A DNA stretch of 64,000 bases, taken from the NCBI GenBank assembly GCA_965227295.1, contig OZ245742.1, positions 2,592,001-2,656,000 of the forward strand. The letters run 5' to 3'. Below the pieces are notes generated by a model, which made no database searches, was not told the origin of the DNA, and saw only the letters and a program-made list of their open reading frames with translations. The stretch's first letter is position 1. The number at the start of each line of letters is the position of its first letter. Below, piece by piece: positions 58,969 to 64,000 of the stretch. The position numbers and the translations under genes are program-made. Origin of the DNA: Leptonemataceae bacterium (GTDB lineage: Bacteria; Spirochaetota; Leptospiria; Leptospirales; Leptonemataceae).

Positions 58969-60318
58969 TTACTCCAACCCCGCGTACAATTCCCGAAACT
59001 TTGCGTTCGGCACACGCCCGTCCTCGTCCTGGCTTAACTCCGGGCGAATGCGATTTACGTAGTACATATCGATCTCACCTTTGTACTTCACCGGGAAACG
59101 ACCGCGGTGTTCGGTGACGAAGAAATCTTTTACGAAATCGTGAGTCGTGGCGGAGATGTTCACGCGGCCGGTGGTGCCGGAGGATTCCATGCGCGCGGCC
59201 AGGTTCACCGTGTCCCCCCAGATGTCGTAGGCGAACTTGTGTTTGCCCGCGACGCCGGCGACCACGGGGCCGGTGTGAATGCCCACGCGCAGTTCCCAGA
59301 ATTCTTCGCCCAGGTCCCGCTTGATGTCGCGCATCTGGTTCATGAAGGCCTGGATTTCCAGCGCGACCAGGATCGTATCCACGGGATTGGTGCGATTCGC
59401 CTTCGGCAATCCGCCGGCGCACATGTAGCCGTCGCCCAGAGTCTTGATTTTTTCTAACTTATTGCGAGCGACGGTTTCGTCGAAGTAAAAGAAGCACTTG
59501 TCGAGTTCGCCGACGAGGGTGTCCGCGTCCAGGTGGTCGGCGATGTTCGTAAAGCCGACGAAGTCCGTGAACATGACCGTCACCAGCTCGTAGCGACGCG
59601 GGGCGTAACTGCCGTTGCGCTTGAGTTCCACGGCGGTTTCTTCGGGGAGGATGTTCAGCAGCAACTCGTCGGACTTCTTTTTTTCCTCGCTGAGATCCTT
59701 CGTGCGTTCCTGGACCTTGACTTCCAGTTGCAGGCGCTCCTGTTCGATCTGGTCGTAGGCCGAGGCGTTTTCGAGGCAGATGCCCGCCAGGGACGCGAAG
59801 GCCGACAGCAATTCCTCGTCCTCTTCGTTGTATGTTCCGTTGACTTTATTCAGCACCTCAATGGCGCCGATGATGTCGCCCTCATGGCCGCGCAAAGGCA
59901 TGCACAGGATGGAACGCGTACGGTAACCGGACTTCTCGTCGTTGCTGCGATCGAAGCGCGGGTCCTCGTAGGCGTCGGGAATGTTCACGATTTCACCGGT
60001 ACTCGCCACGTGGCCGACGATGCCCTGGCCGGCGGGCAGGCGGATGGCGGAGCCGTCGAGGGTAATGCGCGAAACGAGTTCTCCGCTGCGCCGGTCCACG
60101 AGGAACAGCGACGCAAGATCGCTCTGCATTACGTTCTTCACGCTTTCAATGATGCGCCGGAGCAGGGCCTCGTGGTCGTGCATCTCCGCCATCATGGAAC
60201 GAGCGACCTGCATGAGCCGCGCCAATCGATCCGTACGTTCCTGAAGGCCGCGCACGTACGAGGCGCGGAGATACTTGCGGCCGTCTTTGCCGGTGGTCCA
60301 TGGAGCGGTTTCTTCCAT
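58969..60318 (-). CDS. GAF domain + class III adenylate cyclase
   Basis: GIVGHVA, DAYEDPRF, YRTRSILCMP, NK..DE (GAF); FTDFVGFT, KIKTLGDG, YDIWGDTVNLAARME. Confidence 0.94.
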   Translation of the reverse strand: MEETAPWTTGKDGRKYLRASYVRGLQERTDRLARLMQVARSMMAEMHDHEALLRRIIESVKNVMQSDLASLFLVDRRSGELVSRITLDGSAIRLPAGQGIVGHVASTGEIVNIPDAYEDPRFDRSNDEKSGYRTRSILCMPLRGHEGDIIGAIEVLNKVNGTYNEEDEELLSAFASLAGICLENASAYDQIEQERLQLEVKVQERTKDLSEEKKKSDELLLNILPEETAVELKRNGSYAPRRYELVTVMFTDFVGFTNIADHLDADTLVGELDKCFFYFDETVARNKLEKIKTLGDGYMCAGGLPKANRTNPVDTILVALEIQAFMNQMRDIKRDLGEEFWELRVGIHTGPVVAGVAGKHKFAYDIWGDTVNLAARMESSGTTGRVNISATTHDFVKDFFVTEHRGRFPVKYKGEIDMYYVNRIRPELSQDEDGRVPNAKFRELYAGLE

Positions 60319-60549
60319 AAAATCAGAGCGCGAAAAAAACGCGGGGTGAATCTTAACGGCGACGATCGGGCAGGCACTCTTGCGGGTCAAGGTGCAATTG
60401 AGGCGATTGAGGACTTATCACAAAATCAAGGCACACCCGGGAAAGCCCGGTCGACGCCGAAGGCGGCGAGGCGCGCCAAAAATGCATTTTTGAATTTACT
60501 GAGTTTTCAGTCCGAACGTAAAAGCTAACTCATAGCCAGAGAAGATTAG

Positions 60550-60586
60550 TTTGGGCGTTCTCCTCCGCGTTTCGCGCTCGGTGGGG
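60550..60586 (+). repeat. Partial (5' part only) copy F of the multi-hairpin element
   Basis: tttgggcgttctcctccgcgtttcgcgctcgg matches the start of copy B. Confidence 0.6.
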
Positions 60587-60701
60587 AAGAGCAGGAATTC
60601 CACCCCTCCAATTGCTAACGCAAGAATTAGCAGATCAAGGCTGCGTTCCCGTCTTCTGATCTGTCATGTAACGAAAAGAACGAACCGGCTCAGGCCCGGA
60701 T

Positions 60702-61574
60702 CTACGAGTGGACCCGCATCGTCTCTGCCAGCGCACCGATCTCCGCGCCCGGCTCATACTCGAACGACACGCCCAGCATCCCACCCGCAGCAACTTCCAC
60801 CGGTTCGGCTAACGGCAGCACCAGGTTTTGATTCATCCAGTCGATGGTGCTGCGGTCCTCGGGCTGAATCGCGAGGATGTTGTTCGTCACGAAACGCAGC
60901 GCGTTGCAGGTGCCGTCCGCGTTCGTAGCTAATTCTCCGGAGAAGTTAAGCGATCGCGGCAGTTCCGCGGAGTAGTCGACGATGGCGTACGGAGTCACCT
61001 CGCCGAGAGCCGTGATACGCTCCATGGGATTGCCGGGGTTTTCGAAGAGCGGGAGCGCGGCCTGATAACCGTGAAAGTCGAAGTCCATATGCACGGGCTG
61101 TACGCCGAGCAGCGTGGCTTCGGGAACGAAGGCGGGCAAACTTTCGAAGCGACCCAGGTAACGGTCCTTAAACGAGGCGATGATCTGTGTTTGTTGTTCG
61201 CGCAGAAGGGCGCTGTGTAACATCTCGCAGACAACGACGTCCACCGGTTCCGGCGGCAGGTAGTTATCGGCGTGAGCCTGGATCACTTCGACGCGATCCG
61301 CGACGCCGTTCTGCGCCAGAGACTCGCGCGCGCGATTTGCCAGGTCGGGCAGGTACTCCACACAGTAGACCTGCGCCGCGCGCCGCGCCGCAAAGTACGA
61401 GAGCACGCCGGTGCCGCCGCCCAGGTCCAGCACGCGTCCGCCCTCGGGGACGACCTCGGCCAGGGCGCGTTCGAAGCCGATCATGCGCGCTTCGTCGAGA
61501 AGCATCTGGTAGTGATAGTGGGCCGGAATGAAGGCGCCGACGTAGCGGGAGTCCGCCGGGGTTTGAGATGACAT
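60702..61574 (-). CDS. SAM-dependent methyltransferase, PRMT-like
   Basis: YHYQMLLDEAR, VLDLGGGTGVLS, VYCVE, VDVVVCEMLHSALLRE. Confidence 0.85.
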   Translation of the reverse strand: MSSQTPADSRYVGAFIPAHYHYQMLLDEARMIGFERALAEVVPEGGRVLDLGGGTGVLSYFAARRAAQVYCVEYLPDLANRARESLAQNGVADRVEVIQAHADNYLPPEPVDVVVCEMLHSALLREQQTQIIASFKDRYLGRFESLPAFVPEATLLGVQPVHMDFDFHGYQAALPLFENPGNPMERITALGEVTPYAIVDYSAELPRSLNFSGELATNADGTCNALRFVTNNILAIQPEDRSTIDWMNQNLVLPLAEPVEVAAGGMLGVSFEYEPGAEIGALAETMRVHS

Positions 61575-61732
61575 GCGCACATCCCATGCGTCCGGCGGAG
61601 AAGTACAAGAAGTTTTTTCGAGTCGTCGTGTCTTCCAATCCCGGGAACAGCCTCGCCGGGGCTTTTTGCTGTTGACCCGCCGTCGCGCGTGATGCACGTT
61701 TTGGCCGTGCGCCCGGCCGCGCGCTTGATCCG

Positions 61733-62428
61733 ATGCGCATCTTAATTGTAGACGACGAACCCTTAGCCGCCCGGGGCATCGAGCGTTTTTGTCGTGAAGT
61801 CATCGGCGACGACGTGGAATCGCTCAAGACCTACCATAATCTCACGGCCGCGCGTTGCCACATCGAAGAGGAACCGGTGGATCTCGTGTTTCTCGACATC
61901 GATCTTAACGGCGAGAACGGCTTTGAGTTACTGGAAGCGTTGCCGCTCCGCTCGTTTTATACGATCATCACGTCGTCGCATACGGAGTACGCCATCCGTG
62001 CCTTCGAACACAGCGTGCTCGACTTTTTACCAAAGCCGTTTCCGAAAGAACGTTTCGCCGCGGCCATCGATCGCATGCGGGGCGCCCTGGCCTCGCGCGG
62101 TCTCGTGCGCGAAGCGGTCCCGGTGAAAACGGACGAAGCCATCGAGCTCGTGGCCTTCGACGACATCGAACACCTGGTTTCGGACAGGAACTATTCGATC
62201 TTACATTTACTCGACGGCCGGTCCGAGCGCGTGCGCAAAACCCTCGACGCGTTTTCGGAAGAACTGCCGCCGGACTTTGTGCGCGTGCATCGTTCCTGCA
62301 TCGCGCGGATGTCGGCGATGGTGCGCATCCTGCACGGGAAAAACAATACGTTCAAGTTGCTTATGAAAAGCGGCGCGGAGTTGCCCGTGAGTCGGAGCGC
62401 ATATGCGAAGTTGAAGGATGAGTTGTAG
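61733..62428 (+). CDS. LytTR-family response regulator
   Basis: IVDDEPLA, VFLDI, DFLPKP, FVRVHRS, LPVSR. Confidence 0.93.
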   Translation: MRILIVDDEPLAARGIERFCREVIGDDVESLKTYHNLTAARCHIEEEPVDLVFLDIDLNGENGFELLEALPLRSFYTIITSSHTEYAIRAFEHSVLDFLPKPFPKERFAAAIDRMRGALASRGLVREAVPVKTDEAIELVAFDDIEHLVSDRNYSILHLLDGRSERVRKTLDAFSEELPPDFVRVHRSCIARMSAMVRILHGKNNTFKLLMKSGAELPVSRSAYAKLKDEL

Positions 62429-62501
62429 GATCTTTTGGCCGCAGAGGGGCAGAGGGCACAGAGAGAATTTAATGGTTTAAGTGTATGTTGGCGGAAGTTT
62501 G

Positions 62502-62620
62502 TTGGGGCGTGCCCCCGGCTTCGCCGGGGTCGGGCTTTCCAGGGCTCCGCGCTGCGCGCTTCGGTCTCGCGCAGGCGCGAGACTGGCCTTCGGCCACCCT
62601 TCCAATCCCTCACGCGAAGA
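62502..62620 (+). repeat. Multi-hairpin intergenic element copy D
   Basis: ttggggcgtg...gtcgggctttccagggctcc...cccttccaatccctcacgcgaaga. Confidence 0.85.
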
Positions 62621-62699
62621 ACCGTAGTTCGGGAATGTGCTCTGGTGACGCAGCCGGGCAGCGATAACTAAGTAACACTCATGTAACTCTAACCCCGCC

Positions 62700-62820
62700 T
62701 CTTCGCGTTAGGTGCCTGGAGGGGGCCGCGCAGCGGCAGTCTTTGCGCAGCAAAGACCGAGCGCGCAGGCGCGAGCCCGGAAGGGACCGGCGCCCCGGCC
62801 GCCGGGGCGCAACGCCCAAA
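62700..62820 (-). repeat. Multi-hairpin intergenic element copy E (inverted relative to D)
   Basis: Reverse complement is closely similar to copy A. Confidence 0.85.
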
Positions 62821-62894
62821 GCATGCCGCCGCAATCACAACTTACTTAAGAAACTTGACGATCCGCATCTCCCGCAACAGCATGTCCGCTTAAC

Positions 62895-63611
62895 ATGGAA
62901 AGCTTCATCACTTCGCAGTTACTCCAAAACGCGGCCATCGGTTGTTTCCTGGTCGGCATCCTGGTCGCATTGATCGGTGCGTTAACGCTCGTCGTCACGG
63001 CCGGAAAAACCGAAGGCGCCGGCATGGCCGTCCTGGTGTTCTTTCTCGGCATCATCGGCGTGCCCGTCCTGCTCTACCGGCAATGGCAGGCGGCGCGCAA
63101 TCCGTTTTTCGTATGGGTGGGCGGCATTGCGTTGCTGATTCTGGGCGGCATTTTGATGTCCCAGGTGGATAACGTGCGTGTCCAGGAGCTTTATGCGCAG
63201 TACGAACAAGAGCCGAACAATCCGCGTGTGGCGGCCGATTTGGGAAGGGCCCTGGTTTTGCAGCGCCGCTACGAAGAAGCGTTGCCTGCGATTCTCGCGG
63301 CGGTGGAGCACCGTCGCAAATTGCCTGAGGTCTGCGACGGCAAACCCCTTTGCGAAAACCTGAGCGTTACGCGAAAGCTTCCGGAAGTCTACAATGAACT
63401 GGGCCGTCCTCAAGAAGCGCTGGATGCCTGGAATCGTTACGTGCGGCCGGAGCGGTACCAATCAGTCTTCGATACCGAAGAATACGCGATTGCGCTCTAC
63501 GGCGTCGGTCGGAAGAAAGAAGCTCGCCGTATTTTCCAGGAATTTTGCGACAGCGGCCCCGACTACATGTGTTCGAAACACAAAGATAAGCTGCAAGATT
63601 CGCCGCAGTAG
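62895..63611 (+). CDS. Membrane protein with TPR-like C-terminal region
   Basis: Three N-terminal hydrophobic segments; LGRALVLQRRYEEA and LGRPQEALDAW helical repeats. Confidence 0.75.
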   Translation: MESFITSQLLQNAAIGCFLVGILVALIGALTLVVTAGKTEGAGMAVLVFFLGIIGVPVLLYRQWQAARNPFFVWVGGIALLILGGILMSQVDNVRVQELYAQYEQEPNNPRVAADLGRALVLQRRYEEALPAILAAVEHRRKLPEVCDGKPLCENLSVTRKLPEVYNELGRPQEALDAWNRYVRPERYQSVFDTEEYAIALYGVGRKKEARRIFQEFCDSGPDYMCSKHKDKLQDSPQ

Positions 63612-63625
63612 AAGTTACAGAAGGC

Positions 63626-64000
63626 TCACTTCGCAAGAATCTCCGCCGTCACCACCCGAAACCCCGGCAACAATCGACTCTGCAGCACATCGCCACTGTT
63701 CACGGCCCAGGCATCGCCGACATTGTAGCGGGCTTCCATGACCCGGTGCGTGCCGTCGACGATCCAGTACTCGCGCACACCGTTGCGCAGGTAGCGCCCG
63801 GCTTTTTCCACCAGGTCGCGACCGCGCGTTGCCGGCGATAACACTTCGCACACGAGATCGGGTACGCCGAAGATCCAGTCGCCCACGATGGCCGTGTTTT
63901 CGTTTGCAACAAACGAAACGTCCGGTCGCAACACATCATTGCCGTCGGGTAGCTTCACGTCCAGGTCCGTAAAGGCCTCGCCCGCTCGATGCGCACGCAG
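63626..64000 (-). CDS. Uma2/DUF820 endonuclease (5' end outside window)
   Basis: LRPDV, GVPDLVCEVLS, GVREYWIVD. Confidence 0.9.
   Translation of the reverse strand: MRAHRAGEAFTDLDVKLPDGNDVLRPDVSFVANENTAIVGDWIFGVPDLVCEVLSPATRGRDLVEKAGRYLRNGVREYWIVDGTHRVMEARYNVGDAWAVNSGDVLQSRLLPGFRVVTAEILAK

Overview
High-GC bacterial chromosomal segment. I infer a Leptospirales/spirochaete-like genome from the lipoprotein-rich content, the LptD and AspS style, and the multiple STAS and cyclase genes; this is not verified. About 55 credible CDSs are present. Housekeeping genes: gpmA, folE, trmB, aspS, lptD, wcaJ, cobB, ilvB. Signalling: two GAF-adenylate cyclases, a GAF hybrid kinase, two STAS proteins and a LytTR regulator. 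No rRNA, tRNA, CRISPR array or intact transposase was seen. The most unusual signals are: (1) a ~140 bp, ~91% identical tandem repeat with a 330 bp period at the window start that looks like an array of an unrecognised structured RNA; (2) five full and one partial copy of a ~120-135 bp multi-hairpin intergenic element with clear compensatory covariation (Flavo-1-like), including an inverted doublet; (3) an orphan 1964-aa DUF6519/tail-fibre protein with three stacked collar/tip modules, next to a Uma2 tandem pair sharing a near-identical 255 bp 5' block; (4) an unannotated Val-rich leader peptide and attenuator before ilvB; (5) a split ThDP enzyme whose apparently active Pyr domain is on a separate downstream gene; (6) an FGGY kinase plus sphingosine-1-phosphate lyase pair, a PRMT-like methyltransferase and an AspRS with a histone-H1-like tail. 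All family calls come from motif recognition by eye, not database searches.
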